Source of the DNA: Neodothiora populina
Taxonomy: Eukaryota
Assembly (NCBI RefSeq): GCF_041146345.1
Contig: NW_027191409.1
Coordinates: forward strand, 744,001-808,000
Length of the DNA stretch: 64,000 nt
Reading direction: 5' to 3'
Shown: positions 13,391-26,972 of the stretch, in pieces
How positions within the stretch are numbered: the stretch's first letter is position 1
How the letters are laid out: each line of letters opens with the position of its first letter
Notes under the pieces: generated by a model
The model's input: only the letters and a program-made list of their open reading frames with translations
Told to the model about the DNA's origin: nothing
Database searches by the model: none
Program-made: the position numbers and the translations under genes

Positions 13391-14353
13391 ATGTCGACAG
13401 ACGAGAATCATGAGACAGTTCTCTATCTGGCATACGGCTCCAATCTCTCGGTCGAGACATTCCGTGGCAATAGAGGCATTAAGCCTTTATCGCAGACGAA
13501 TGTACAGATACCAGAGTTGAAACTCACCTTTGATCTACCTGGTATTGCCTATGTGGAGCCATGTTTTGCGAACACGGCCCGTCGCGATCCCGATGCAGAT
13601 GTGCCGAAAGTCATGTTGGAGCATGAGACTTTACAGACGAACGACTACCACAAGGACCGGTGGCACAAAGGTCTGATTGGTGTTGTCTATGAAGTGACAG
13701 TCGCCGATTATGCCCACATCATTGCGACAGAAGGAGGCGGGGCAGCTTACCAAGACGTTCAGGTCGATTGCTACCCCTTTACTTCTTCAGATCCTGCTGA
13801 AGCAGTGCCGCAATTTCCTACAACTAGACCTTTCAAGGCTCACACTCTCTTTGCCCCTGCACGCACAGAGCCTTTACGATATGTGCAAGACAGTGGGCGT
13901 TTGCAAAGGCCAGATACTTCATACGCCCAGCCTTCGGCTCGTTACTTGACATTGATCACGGATGGCGCTGCAGAATGTCTTCTACCCTACGAATACCAGG
14001 ACTATCTAAATGACATACGCCCTTACACTGTCACATCTAACAAACAAAGGATCGGACAATTTGTCTTCCTCACAATATGGCTGCCAATCGTCATGTTCAT
14101 TTTCGCCTTGCAGAGATCATTCTCGGACGAAAAGGGTGTTGCACCCATGTGGCTAAAGGTCTTGAGTGGTGCAATGTTCCAGGCATCGTGGAGCAGCTAC
14201 GACTCGTATTTCAAAGGAATATTTGGAGATGGTGAACGTACCACACCGAAAGCAGAGGACGACGATTGGAGCGGATTACAGTCGAGTCAGAAGTGCAAAT
14301 TGCTGGGCAGAAGTCGAGTCGATTTGTCAGAGAAAGGGCTGTTAGAAGTGTAA
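13391..14353 (+). CDS. GliK-like gamma-glutamylcyclotransferase with a C-terminal membrane segment
   Basis: N-terminal YLAYGSNL GGCT motif, LTFDLPGIAYVEPCFAN, GVVYEV, IIATEGGG..Y and QPSARYL, followed by the hydrophobic segment FVFLTIWLPIVMFIFAL. An upstream in-frame ATG at 13229 is also possible. Confidence 0.82.
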   Translation: MSTDENHETVLYLAYGSNLSVETFRGNRGIKPLSQTNVQIPELKLTFDLPGIAYVEPCFANTARRDPDADVPKVMLEHETLQTNDYHKDRWHKGLIGVVYEVTVADYAHIIATEGGGAAYQDVQVDCYPFTSSDPAEAVPQFPTTRPFKAHTLFAPARTEPLRYVQDSGRLQRPDTSYAQPSARYLTLITDGAAECLLPYEYQDYLNDIRPYTVTSNKQRIGQFVFLTIWLPIVMFIFALQRSFSDEKGVAPMWLKVLSGAMFQASWSSYDSYFKGIFGDGERTTPKAEDDDWSGLQSSQKCKLLGRSRVDLSEKGLLEV

Positions 14354-14719
14354 TGGAAGTGATCAAATCATTCAAACGAGAGATTAAAGGTTCAATCTCT
14401 CGATATTGCGGCTGCCAGACAAAGGGCGTCTTTGTGTATACCTTGGATACAACAAAGCCAATCCGTCACAGCCCCTTTGTTCAATGTTGCGCAGGTAGGC
14501 AAATCGACAAAGCAAAGGCAGCCGGACAATGTCATGGTACAAAGAAAGTGGCATGTGGAGTCCGAGGGAGTTCATACTCCTTTGTCTTCTATATTACTAT
14601 ATCAATCCCAAGTATACTCAAGTCCCTGGCCAAGCATTATACGCTACCAACCGTCGCCACTTGCTCCACTACTCCCAAATCGTTACCAAAACTCTTATCC
14701 AACACTACCATCTGCAACA

Positions 14720-15544
14720 ATGCATCCACATGTATATTACATTGCAATTCTGGCTGGCCAGTTTGCATACGCAGCGCCTGTTGTTACCGTCACTAATGTT
14801 GTGACCTTGACTACGTACGTTTCCCCTGCCCTTAGTACGCCCTCTGCAGACTATGTTGCCAGTCATCTGCAGATGACGCCAGGCGCAGTACGCCCAACGA
14901 CGTGGCCTTACCCATACAGTGCGACTGTACCACATACATCCCCAACTGCTACTCAAGTACACGCTAGCCCTGCATCGGCCCATGACACAAAGACTCCTAC
15001 ACCATCAAGCATACATGCCTCCACAAACTCACCAACATATGGTAGCAGCACATCGAAGGCCTTTGACATACCTTCGATCGTGACAGTAACCTTTTACTCG
15101 ACTAAGTCAAGCGAGACTCCAATGTCGACAAGCGGTGCCAGCTCCTCCAAGACATTCAACATACCATCAATCGTAGTTGTCACCGTCCGACCAACTCAAT
15201 CCAGCACGACTGCGACACCAGTGAGTAACATAGGTCCTTCACCACCAGTTGCGAGTTTCGCTCCTACCAGCGCAGCAGCTGTAACACCGCAGGCCTCTTC
15301 TCAAGCCAGCCAGGTTGCTACACAAAACCCTGTCCTTCCGATCACGTTGCCATTCGCTACGATCTTTCCGTCGTTGGTCAAGCGCTCCGACGACTATTCG
15401 ATTGCTCCACAAGCGTCGTCCTTGCCAGGATCTGTCGCGATAAAGTCTTTGGACTCTGACAGTCTGATCGCAGAGTTTGCTGCGCAGTCCGGTGACGAGG
15501 ACTTGGCTGAAGATAGATACTCTGTTTATGCTTTGCGTGGTTAG
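14720..15544 (+). CDS. Secreted Ser/Thr/Pro-rich protein (likely O-glycosylated), function unknown
   Basis: MHPHVYYIAILAGQFAYA|AP resembles a signal peptide. The body is low-complexity S/T/P/A, Cys-free, with an internal repeat and a KR site. Confidence 0.7.
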   Translation: MHPHVYYIAILAGQFAYAAPVVTVTNVVTLTTYVSPALSTPSADYVASHLQMTPGAVRPTTWPYPYSATVPHTSPTATQVHASPASAHDTKTPTPSSIHASTNSPTYGSSTSKAFDIPSIVTVTFYSTKSSETPMSTSGASSSKTFNIPSIVVVTVRPTQSSTTATPVSNIGPSPPVASFAPTSAAAVTPQASSQASQVATQNPVLPITLPFATIFPSLVKRSDDYSIAPQASSLPGSVAIKSLDSDSLIAEFAAQSGDEDLAEDRYSVYALRG

Positions 15545-15984
15545 AGATTGTGAGTCTTGTGGTCTTCTTTGGGTGCTATTGGGAGGAAGCTCTCGCGTCT
15601 TCCATATCTACCTGCTGGCAGGTGAATTTTCTTGTGCATAATTGTCATTTTTGAGTTGGCTTTTCAGATCATGGAAGATCTGGATTTATATGATTTTTTA
15701 GTTTGAATTCGAAAACAAAAATTGGTCTCTATTTGTTGTTTTTTCATTTTTTGTGCTGTCGAATTTTGCCATAAATGGAGGGCGACCCTGTTCATACTTC
15801 AATTCAATATAACAAATTGTACAGCGCCGTGAAACAATCCGTGTTTCCACGAACTTATGTATGCGGTATTTCAGCTGTTCTGTATTTGGGATATGGATCG
15901 CAAGGACTATTGAATGGCCTTTGTTTGAGCCAATATGAAATCTATTCCTACATACTTCTGATGATTTTTCATCAATACTACCAT

Positions 15985-17088
15985 CTAATCCTCGGCACAT
16001 GCATGCATCAACTTCTTCTGCGTGTCCATAGCAGTAGCCAAGAAATCATCCATCTCATAATCCTTTCCCTTCCCATCTGGGCCACCATCAAAGACCTCAT
16101 ACGAGAACCATCCCCTAAAGCCAGTCTTGAGCACGGCCTTAGCAACCTCGACAACAGGTAGGTAGCCCTGGAACGGAAGCGGTCTGAGGTCATGACTCCA
16201 TCGGCCTCTCGGACGAGTTCCTGATTCATCGACGCCTTTGTCGAATGGTGTCTTGGGCTTGTAAGCGTCGCTGATCTGAAGGAGGTAAATCTTGTCCGCT
16301 GGGATGGTCTTCGCGAGGCTGTCCATGGACTGGTCGAATTCCTCCATGAGCTGCTCCATGGGCTTATCAAGAAGCCCGCTCTCAGTGGTGGGGTCCGCCC
16401 ATTCGTAGCCAGCAGTCTGGAAGGTGTCCAGACAAAGTCCCACGTTCGGACGGTCCACTTTCTTCACGATATCCCAGACGTCAGCCCATGTGGGTGCGTG
16501 GGTGGACCAGCACCAGTTCTCGTAGGCCATGCGAAAGTTGTGCTTGGCTAGCATATCGGCCAGTTCCTGCAAGTCCTTGACAAATGCGTCACGGTTCTTT
16601 CCACCTTCTGCTAGCTTTTCTGCAGGTGTATCGGTCGAGCCAACCTTTTTGGTTCATTAGTGCTGCGGTAATGGTGGAAATGCTTCCGAAGTACTCACCT
16701 GTAGTGTGTCACATCCAACAGCTTCCATGATCCTGACCCAGCCCTCAGCACGCTTGAAGGCGTCCTTTCTCTCCTCACTCCCTTGCGGCCAACCCTCAAA
16801 ATTGGCGAAAGGCTGCAACAACATGACCTTGAGGTTCTTTGCATCGGTCTGCGCCTTGACGACCTTGGCTGCGGAGTAGAGATCATCATAATCATATGGT
16901 CCAACTTCATGACGTAAGTGCATGGAAGCAAAGGATAGGAGATCTGGGAAGCCCAGCTCGATACCGGTGAAACCAGCTGCTGCTATTGTGTCTAGCTTCC
17001 TGGGTAGAGTGTGGTCATCTTTGCAACCGACTGACACTGTTGCGAAGGATGTGGGGATTGATTCTAGGGAGGCGTGCGTCAAGGCCAT
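15985..17088 (-). CDS. 3-dehydroshikimate dehydratase (QutC/Qa-4-like; xylose-isomerase-like TIM barrel)
   Basis: Exons 17088-16699 and 16644-15985; intron 16645-16698. Motifs: AAAGFTGIELGFPDL, LQPFANFEGW, AYENWCWSTHAPTW, NVGLCLDTFQ, IYLLQISDAY, RWSHDLRPLP, GFRGWFSYEVF. Confidence 0.82.
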
Positions 17089-17614
17089 TGTGGACGTAGT
17101 TACAGTATTCGTGAAGTCTGTCCTGTAGAGTGAAAAAGCAACGATTATCTACTCCTCTATCTACAAACTAAGGTATGCTCTATAGCATAATCGACCCTCT
17201 TACGCTACCATTACGATACGTTTTTGTCGCCTCTGGTTGTTACTGCTACCCCACAATTATAGCTGCACATGGACAAGTATGACATCAAGGTCCGAGTGAC
17301 GTCGCAGGGCGGGGAACAGAATAAAAAAGTCGGCCGTGAGTGAGCCATACCTCTGTGGACTTGCGGGCTGTGGGATCGAGATTAGGATTCACAATCGCAG
17401 ACTGTTGCGCATTGATATGACAAGGATTACAATGGCTATATTTACCATTAAGTCTTTCCGTATGCACATAATATCATGTAGAACATAGTGAGGAGTCTAG
17501 ATTGATGTATGGCTTGAGGGGCCAATCACCTGTTCCTCAATAACTCAGCCACGCACAGACACGAAATGGGGGGGCTAAACTTTGGGTCTGGCCGAGAAAT
17601 TGTCCATGATGCAG

Positions 17615-17621
17615 TGACTCA
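17615..17621 (+). promoter_or_regulatory. Gcn4/CpcA (cross-pathway control) element TGACTCA
   Basis: Exact TGACTCA about 135 bp upstream of the DAHP synthase ATG, inside the shared divergent promoter. Yeast ARO3 and ARO4 are established Gcn4 targets. Confidence 0.6.
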
Positions 17622-17755
17622 ATCTCGTCTTTGTCCTACCTTACCTGACTTTACATACGTTATTTACTCTGCTATTTCCACACTCACCTTTCACATCAGG
17701 TCACTTTTTTTTTTTAATCTTTTTCCGAACGGTCGAGCGATTCATAGATTCCAAA

Positions 17756-19019
<1,264 letters not shown>

Positions 19020-21362
19020 GTGTCATTCTGACCTCGATCATAATTGTTGATATTCGCGCATGGCGTAGGGGCGAAAAGTTCTCATTGGCCTGGAAAAGTT
19101 AAGAATATGCATTGCGCAACGTTCCCCAAATATGTTTGTAAAGATTAGCATGCAGGATTGCGGGATGCAATGCAGCTACCGATACAGTAGATTACAGTAG
19201 CGACTGATGTCGGCGCGATCCTATATTCATCCAGGCAATCAATCTGCAACCTTATCATCTGACTCGCAGTCCTTCTATCAAAAAGCAGCAGTGCGAACCG
19301 GCTAATGCCTCGGGACTCACATCCGACGGGAAGGCTGGCAACATGGGCCGGTACAAGTATATGGATGACGTGGAGGGAATTCCAAAGTGTGATTCACCTG
19401 GCCATTCAACTGAATTAGGTGCCTCATTCGTGGGTTCAGCATTGCCGATGACTATGTTCAGATGCTCAATCTGACCGACCGGTCAACATCGACCCCGCTG
19501 GCAATTTCGTCGGTCCCGCGGTGTGATCCCCTTTGATTACTGATCAAGCACCAGATCTATGTTGTGTTCTTTGGTCTTGCTTGGCAGATATGCACGTTCA
19601 GAATCCATCGGAACTATCTAACGCGGAGCACCAAGTGAGGATGTCCCCGGTTGTGGCTGAAGAGCGGAGGCCTAGATTCTCGGCTTCTGAGATGTATGTG
19701 TGTGACACTTCAGAGGTTGCATCGGGAAGGCGTATGCAAGTTCATAGTGCCGCTGTGACCTGCTGCTATATTGGTTGTGCGATATCGATCAGCAGGAGAC
19801 GCCAGGTGCCATAACCGGAGATCTAGATACAAGTATTGTACTGCGAGGCTGTGACGATTGATGCCTGTTTGACGATGTGTTTGGCGCATGTAAGGATCAA
19901 CAGATCCATATTGAAACGCACTTGCTTGCGGATGTCCTATCATATGTTTCGATGCGGGTGCTTTTCGTCACGCACGGCGTAGACGTGTAATACCGTGAAT
20001 CCCCGCGGGTAGTACCATCGACGCCTGGTCAGAGTGTCCGCAGATGATTGACATTTCTTGCATGCTAGGCAACATAAACCATATCTCCGCGAACGGAAGT
20101 ACTGACGAAATTAGTGGTTGATACAGCGAGATCGAAATCTGTCTTGGCGAGATCCAGTTCAAGCAAACATTGAGATCAGAAACGAGCGCTAAGGCAGCAG
20201 ACAACACGGTCAGACAGGGATCTCACCCACCACCAGAGGCGCGTAGCTCATCAAGATTGCGCTTGCACATGGTGTTTCCAGAAGCCAGACGTGAGAGCTA
20301 TTAGTGAGACTTCTGCCGAATAACATCCCCGAATAAGATACCTCTCCCAGTGTCATACAAGAGTCATGCTGTCATCTGTAAGGATGCAAAATTAGCTCCA
20401 TCAGGCTAAGATATGCGGCTTTGCGGTCGAAGAATCCTCGAATCGCGGACTTGCGCGCCGATGCTTGGGTACTTCGATTGCTACATATACCTTAGCAAGA
20501 TAGCCACTGCATCGGAGATTCATCTTCTCAAATTGCCGCGCGCCATTGGTCACTTGCAATGACCGTATGGACATGGATTTGAAGATTATCATGTTACGTG
20601 TAAAGTACAAGATACTGGAACGAATTAAGGACTAGGTCGACGACGCCTCATTGCCGAGTCATGGAGGAAAGTCGTTCTGTGCTCAGACAGCAAGCGATTG
20701 CGCATTGATCTTTTGCAAACGCTGTTCGGCGTCTTACAGAAAGTGGGAACTACAGTAAGAACGTAAGGTACATACTGGCCTGACTCGCAATAAAGCCGTA
20801 TCTAGCAAGGTGCGACCCGTGGACGCAGTGCAGAGGTACAGTAACCCCGGCTGAGTTTCGATGCCGAGAGGCCCGATCCCGAAATCTTGTTGATGTGACG
20901 GGACGTACCTGTAAGCTTAATTGTACCACCAACCATGGAGTCGGGTCGTATCAGCATGTTCATGCACCTTGTGTCAAACCATGTCGCCTGCGACCTCGTG
21001 CATGTGTCCAATCGAAACGGAACCCAACACTATGATTGTGCAACATGGCAGCGCACGTGGTTGTTTGAAGCATAGCTCGGGCAATGGTTTCTGCTGATCA
21101 GTAAATTTGAGCGTCCATGTGCTGGAGCCACTGTTCATAAACAAAGCGATAGACATATATATGACAGTGCAAGGCAGCCCATGAAGATCTGACCTATCAT
21201 GTTGTAGGTGCTCGTAAATAGCAGATGTAGCGGATAATTGTATTTTAAGTGAGTGCTTTTAGTGCTACTACGGAAAATCGCCTCACAAGTACAGCGATCG
21301 AGGCGACCGATCAACACTTGTGACTCGATCTTTTCTGAGCCCCCTGTTCATCGAGGTGGGCC

Positions 21363-22478
21363 TTAACACGGTGAATCGCAGCCTCCTTGGTATGTGGGAC
21401 TCCAACGATCAGAGCGATTGGGGCCAAAGAATGCTTCGGTGCCCGTCGCTTGGGAAGCGTGATGATCTACAGCGAGGATCACCCTCTCCAGGAGGCCATT
21501 CAGCCTTGCTCTGATCCCAGCTAGACCTCCTCGCATATGTATCATATTCTGCAGTGCACCCATATGACACGTGAATGCTTCCTGTTCTCCCCAGAATGCC
21601 TCGTATTGAGCCAAGGAAAGAACTGCCGCAATGATGTGATCATTCACTGGCCTAGTTTGGTTTTGGATGGACTCGTTTATGGCGCTGATGATCCTTCCTT
21701 TTACCTGCAGAGTGTCTATCGGATGACTCTGCATCTCTGATCCGGACCTTGACCCAAGCGAGGTCGCTCCCATCAATAAAGTAGCATGCAACAACGCCGC
21801 ATCTGTAAAGACGAAAGGTTTCCAGGCTCTCGCGAATGCGTCGACTCTTGCATGATCTGTCAAGCCCAAGATCTCGCGGGCCATGCTGGTGATATCTAGT
21901 ACGATCAGCACACCGAAGACCGATTGTACGTCAGTTACTTACGATGATCAATGAAGACTTCCACGTAAGGCAGCCAAGAAATTGGGTATAAGTCTCTCAA
22001 CTCCAGGACAGTGTACGAAGCTGGGGATGTCGGAGGCGATTGTGAATTGCTGGTTTCGGTACTGCTTGCCCGTCCAGACGAAGAAGCACTTTGATTGTGC
22101 TCTGCAAAATTAAGCTCGTCTGGCATAGATGAATACGAGAGAGAGCATGAGACTCACCTCTTGGCGGTTGCGACTGGCCGAACTCTACCTGATGAGGCAT
22201 ATTGTTTGATCGTCGGACTGCCGCTGCCGCGAGTTGCTCCTTCTGGTGCTGTTGCTTGGTGACATGCGAACGAACAGCTCGGCGAGCCTTTTGGTCCTTT
22301 GCTTCAGATGGATGACTGTTAAGCTATCAGTCACAAGAACCTTTACATATGCGACTAGTTCATGGTGTACTTGCCTGAAGTTCAGGAATGCGTACGAAGT
22401 GTCGGAGCTTGGTGATATTTGAACAGTAGAAGACTTGCGGGAGCTAACGCTCGAGGGAGGGCTTCTGGAACCAGACAT
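21363..22478 (-). CDS. Fungal-specific transcription-factor-domain protein (Fungal_trans_2-like) without a Zn2Cys6 cluster
   Basis: Exons 22478-22375, 22315-22158, 22101-21943 and 21895-21363. The N-terminus reads YAFLNFSHPSEAKDQKARRAVRSHVTKQQHQKEQ; the C-terminus contains DAALLHATLL, IIAAVLSLAQYE and HMGALQNMIHMRGGL. Confidence 0.72.
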
Positions 22479-24424
22479 GACATTGGTATGAATGCTTCAA
22501 CCCGCGCAGAAGAAAGAAAGTGGGATTGATAATGGTGAGTTGTGATGACAATCCCGCTGAATGGGAAAGGGGAATCTCGGGATACTTGTAAGATGTTGGC
22601 CAATGGCACATAACTGTCAGCTCAGTCGAAGCATATACCGGAAATCCCGTGAATGACCTGCATATGTAAAATCACTGGAGTTGGCGAATGCTGCAGCCAT
22701 GTCATTGGCAAAGTCCGCCTTGGACGCCGCATTATTGCTGCAGGGCGTCTGTGTGAAGCCGATGGAACAGATAATGAACAGTGTGACTGCGCGCCATACC
22801 TGGAGAACAAAGGTGCCACATGATTCCGAGCACACTTCAAAATGCCACAGCGAAAGTCAAGTATCTGGAACAGTGGAGGTGGTCTGTAACGCATTGACAT
22901 ACCCATAGCAATATAACGACTGAGCGCGTATGTAAAGGTAGATACAAGTGCCATTCTTATTTGCTTTCTGCCGGTGGATCGCGTTCTGCAGCCATGAAGT
23001 TGGCACCGATATCTGAACCAATCTAAGGTCATCCATTTCCGGACTGACCGACGAGGTTGGCTGCAGAACGTATCCCCAAATGCGCCAACTTCTCTACATC
23101 GGGTCCTGCATAATGCCCTGAAGTGTAGCACGGTGCATGATGGAAGTTCCATTCCACATCGGTAGTGCATCACGCTGGCAGCAGTGGTTACCAATGAGGA
23201 CTACCTTGCCCCTAGCTCAAAGCCAAACGGGTGGCTTGCGGATCCTTGAAGATGCGGCGCGGGAAGGCTCTATTGACGCGCATCACCCAGACCATTGACA
23301 AGATCTTCAATTCAGGCATGACAAGTGAATTGATCCTTGCATATAACGCAACATTCTCAAAGGAGATGGATGCGTCAGATATGACGCAGGTGACTGGGAG
23401 AGCCCGACGCGATCGTTGACTTGTCGTCAAATCTAGAAGGTCCAATTCATCTTCGATCATTGGATATGTTGTAGGTAAGGTATCGAAGATGTCGAGGGAG
23501 AATGGCGACCTCAGCAGTTAAGCACTAATAGAAATGTACGATCATCGCCAAGTACCTCAAGGTCCTGCCGGTTTGCATAAAATGAACACGAAGCACCGAT
23601 GCCAAACAGTCGGAACGATCCTGGTTCTGTAAAAATCGTCAGTCGATGCCTATGGACCAAACTGGGCCCGATGGTGATGTGCAGCTAATGCAGAGTCCTC
23701 ACAGCCAATGCACATTTGTCAACGCTAGAAGAGCGTCAATTTGATTGCTGCATCGAGTCATATTAGATTCTACCCGTCTTTATCAGGCCATGAAGCGCTA
23801 GAGCCTCTACTGAAATGCAGGCCAGGTAAAGCAGCCTCAAATACAACACAGCATGTAGGTCGATACTGACCCTTGCGACAGTATCCGCCGACATGGTAAC
23901 AGATTCAGCTCACGCGAGTATGTAGCCTTTGTGCCAGGGTGTCCATCATTATGCAGCGGGCAGCATTACCGGGTAAAGATTTAGTGGTCTGCAACATGAG
24001 CCGGAATGCTCGTACTGCCCATGCCAGCCATCCCACGAAGGGCACTCTACTGGGTACAGCCCCGAGTAATTACGTTGCTGCACACGACAGCATCCAAGAC
24101 TTTGCTACGCATGTTCCGGTAGAATAGTGAGCAGCTCCGAACATTTGACCCATGGCTTTTGAGGTATATGTACTGCACGATGGCTGTGCCGAAATATTCC
24201 TTCAGGCAAAGCACCGTAGACATCCGATATACACAGTCGCTGCGGACGCTGCGGACGGAAGCTTGGGTCAGCCCAACGTCATCGCCGGGCCTGTGCGCGT
24301 GGCACCGCCCCAGCTTCTTGAGCTTATAGAAGGCCTTGGAGACTCACTATTCACGAGTCGAGTACTTGTATCCCATAGTAATCGACATATGCACCTTTTA
24401 ACAAATAGTTCTCAGCTTGTAAAC

Positions 24425-25029
24425 ATGGAGCACAAAGCGCGCAGATTGAGTGGTCATCACAAACGTGCATCTGATCCGTTCATCGAGCTTTCCGATAACA
24501 TCTTGAGCCTTGACGATGCGGATTCGAAGCGAGATGACGAACTCAAGAATTCGCTATATGAAAAGGTATGTTCTATACAGCGATCACATATAAGAAAGGT
24601 CACTACTGACTCTATTTATAGGCACTCGTTGTACCTATAACCATGATTTCTTTTCTGTTGTCTTTGTGCTTTGTCACTCGTCAAGAGCGAGCCTGGCGTG
24701 TGGCGCAACATGACAACGGAGCTGCATCGTGGATAAGACGATGGTTCTACAGTGAACCATATCAAGACTTGAACAGCCCGACTGCGCAGTCAGGATCTTG
24801 CAAAGGGACCGATGTATCTGCCGCATTACACGCATCCTTACCTGCAGGAGCCGAGGACTCCGAGAACTGGTACACCTGGCGTAAGAAGCACCGCAAGATG
24901 GCCAAGTTGCAGCTCAAAAACGCCTTCGCCATGCAGCATACAGTGGCCATGATTCTGGTCGCAGGGGCCCTTTTCTCCCTCATATTCGTGGTATGGGCGC
25001 TGCGAAGAGCACTCTATCTTCTTGGCTGA
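24425..25029 (+). CDS. Small hypothetical membrane protein with two hydrophobic segments
   Basis: Exons 24425-24565 and 24622-25029; intron 24566-24621 is GTATGT...CTGAC...TAG and joins in frame. Predicted TMs are LVVPITMISFLLSLCFV and VAMILVAGALFSLIFVVWAL. Confidence 0.7.
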
Positions 25030-26972
25030 AAGTGCATCGACGATCCAGCCCCTTTCTCATTTCACCGATGCCTGGCCCTGGATGTACAGTACAGCTCAGC
25101 TGGCCAGCGTGTCTACCCATATTCCATCGCCATTGGTCGGTCCATCAACTACGAGACCCACTACTGATGCATCAACGCAGAAATGTATCTGCTCTGCTTT
25201 CAGCTGGCATCTCAGATCCAAGTAGCCCAACAACAGGACTCCACTCGCCTGCGATGCCTCCTTTTCACCGGCCTTGCATGTATCGCTCGCTTGCGGAGCG
25301 GGAAGCCTGACGGACACAGTCGATCAAAGCGTTCTTCTAACAAATTTTTGTCCATTGAATGTCAACCAGACAGCCCGCTCGGACTCTGGCTAACCCTCAA
25401 TGACCCCGGCCTGCATGGTGACAAGCGCCACAGGGTCTTTGGTGATGAAGAAGCAACAGCACTCGTGAATACCTCCCTGTGGGCCTATCGCGCGAGAGGA
25501 AATTTTCGGCAATAACAAATAATATTGGCATTAGAGTTTTTTTTTTGGTTCTGACTCTGCTCACCTTATTTTCATATGCGCTGGCTGGCTGGCTGGCTGT
25601 CCCGGACCACCACTACCACGCATACCCTGCGCTGCTTCAAGAGCACGAAAAGGCGTCAACGTTCCCACTACGGCCGCAACCGCATCCCGCCTTCCTTTCC
25701 GCCAAACCTTGTCTTCGTTATAACCTACCTACCTTACACCAGGCTGCTATTCCTGGACATTTGACACTTCACGTGGATCCCAACGAACGGTCGATGCATC
25801 GAGTGCAGTACAGTGCAATGCAGTGCTGCTGTTATCACTCACGTCTCCACGAGACGCACAGGGCGGGGCGGGTGAAGTGCAAGATTTTCCGTCGATCATG
25901 TCAATCTCCCGAGCGGCGCGACGAGGGTACCTAAAAAAAACCCGCATATGGCGCACGCATTCGAAAGGAACGCACGCACGCCATCGAGTGCCTGCTAGTA
26001 AAGAAATCCTTTTACAACTGCCCTCGCGCCGCACTGGTCTTGTTCACTGCACGGAGTGGAACGAACTCGCATTCGATAGTGCAGGCGGAAGTAAAGTCGA
26101 GATCATTGCTTAGAACTGTCTCACGAGAGATGGCTACACTCGGCGAATCTCAGCCTTCCGTCTTCTTCTCTTTTCCTCTTCCTGCCCTGGCCGCGTCACT
26201 ACGTGGGCCCGTCGTGAAAGCGTAGCTCGGACAGATGAGTACAGTCGGACCTTTGTATAAGGATGTACCGAGGAAGGATATCTCGCAGAAGTGAGCATCT
26301 TAGTATAGCGGAGGAGTCAGAACGTTGCCGAGGGGCTAGCTGGCTCCCTGTCTATTGAATATCCTGCTTGTGAGAATACTCCTCGAATTGGCAAACTCAT
26401 GAGGGGGAAAAGGATACCTCTCTATCGTGTAAACGTATATATATGAAACTGAATCTATCCCGGAGAAGAAAAAGGGAGAAGAAAAAAGAAAAGGGTCCCC
26501 TCTCAGGCAGGCTAGCTCGCTAGTCCCCATGGCTACCGCAGTCTGCACTTTACTCCCGCTAGTGCATCGCATTGCTGTGCTTCATGGGGTTTGCATATCG
26601 CCCATGAAACATAAGAGAAAAGAGTTACAAGCCCCGAACACCCGGTTGTGGAAAAGAAACCGCATTCCTAAACTCCTCGAAGAACCTCAATCAGCGATGA
26701 CAATGGTGATAAAAGCGCCGAATCTTCCCACCCCTGACTTTGCTGTGATAGGCCGTTTTTGCTGGTGCTTGCTTTGCGAGATATGTGCTTCAATGAAGAA
26801 CGATGAAAAGTTTCGTGAATGTATTTCCGTGGTTGGAGAAGTCCCTCGTCCGCGTTGTCGTATAGAGAAGAAAAGGCAGATTTCATTGTTTTCGATAAAA
26901 GCTGTGGTTCAGAATAGACTCGTGAGCTCAACGTAGAGAAGGGGGGATGACAGATAGAGCATCACTTTCGGC

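Noticed and set aside
11091..14353. Gliotoxin/ETP biosynthetic cluster
   Set aside because: No NRPS, glutathione S-transferase, dipeptidase, C-S lyase or thioredoxin-reductase-like gene lies in the window.
15640..15790. AT-rich tract as a RIP-mutated transposon relic
   Set aside because: It is short, T-run-rich and lies between convergent 3' ends, consistent with terminator sequence; no terminal repeats or TE coding remnants.
15985..17088. Canonical quinate utilisation (qut/qa) cluster
   Set aside because: None of the other qut/qa genes are adjacent, and I saw no QA-1F-type palindromic site in the promoter.
19138..19155. U6-like AAGATTAGCATG
   Set aside because: Lacks the ACAGAGA box and the downstream GCCCCTG stem; a chance match in the ARO3 3' region.
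22622..23460. 190-aa and 82-aa minus-strand ORFs upstream of the TF-like gene
   Set aside because: Non-ATG start or atypical composition, no motifs and no convincing splice structure.
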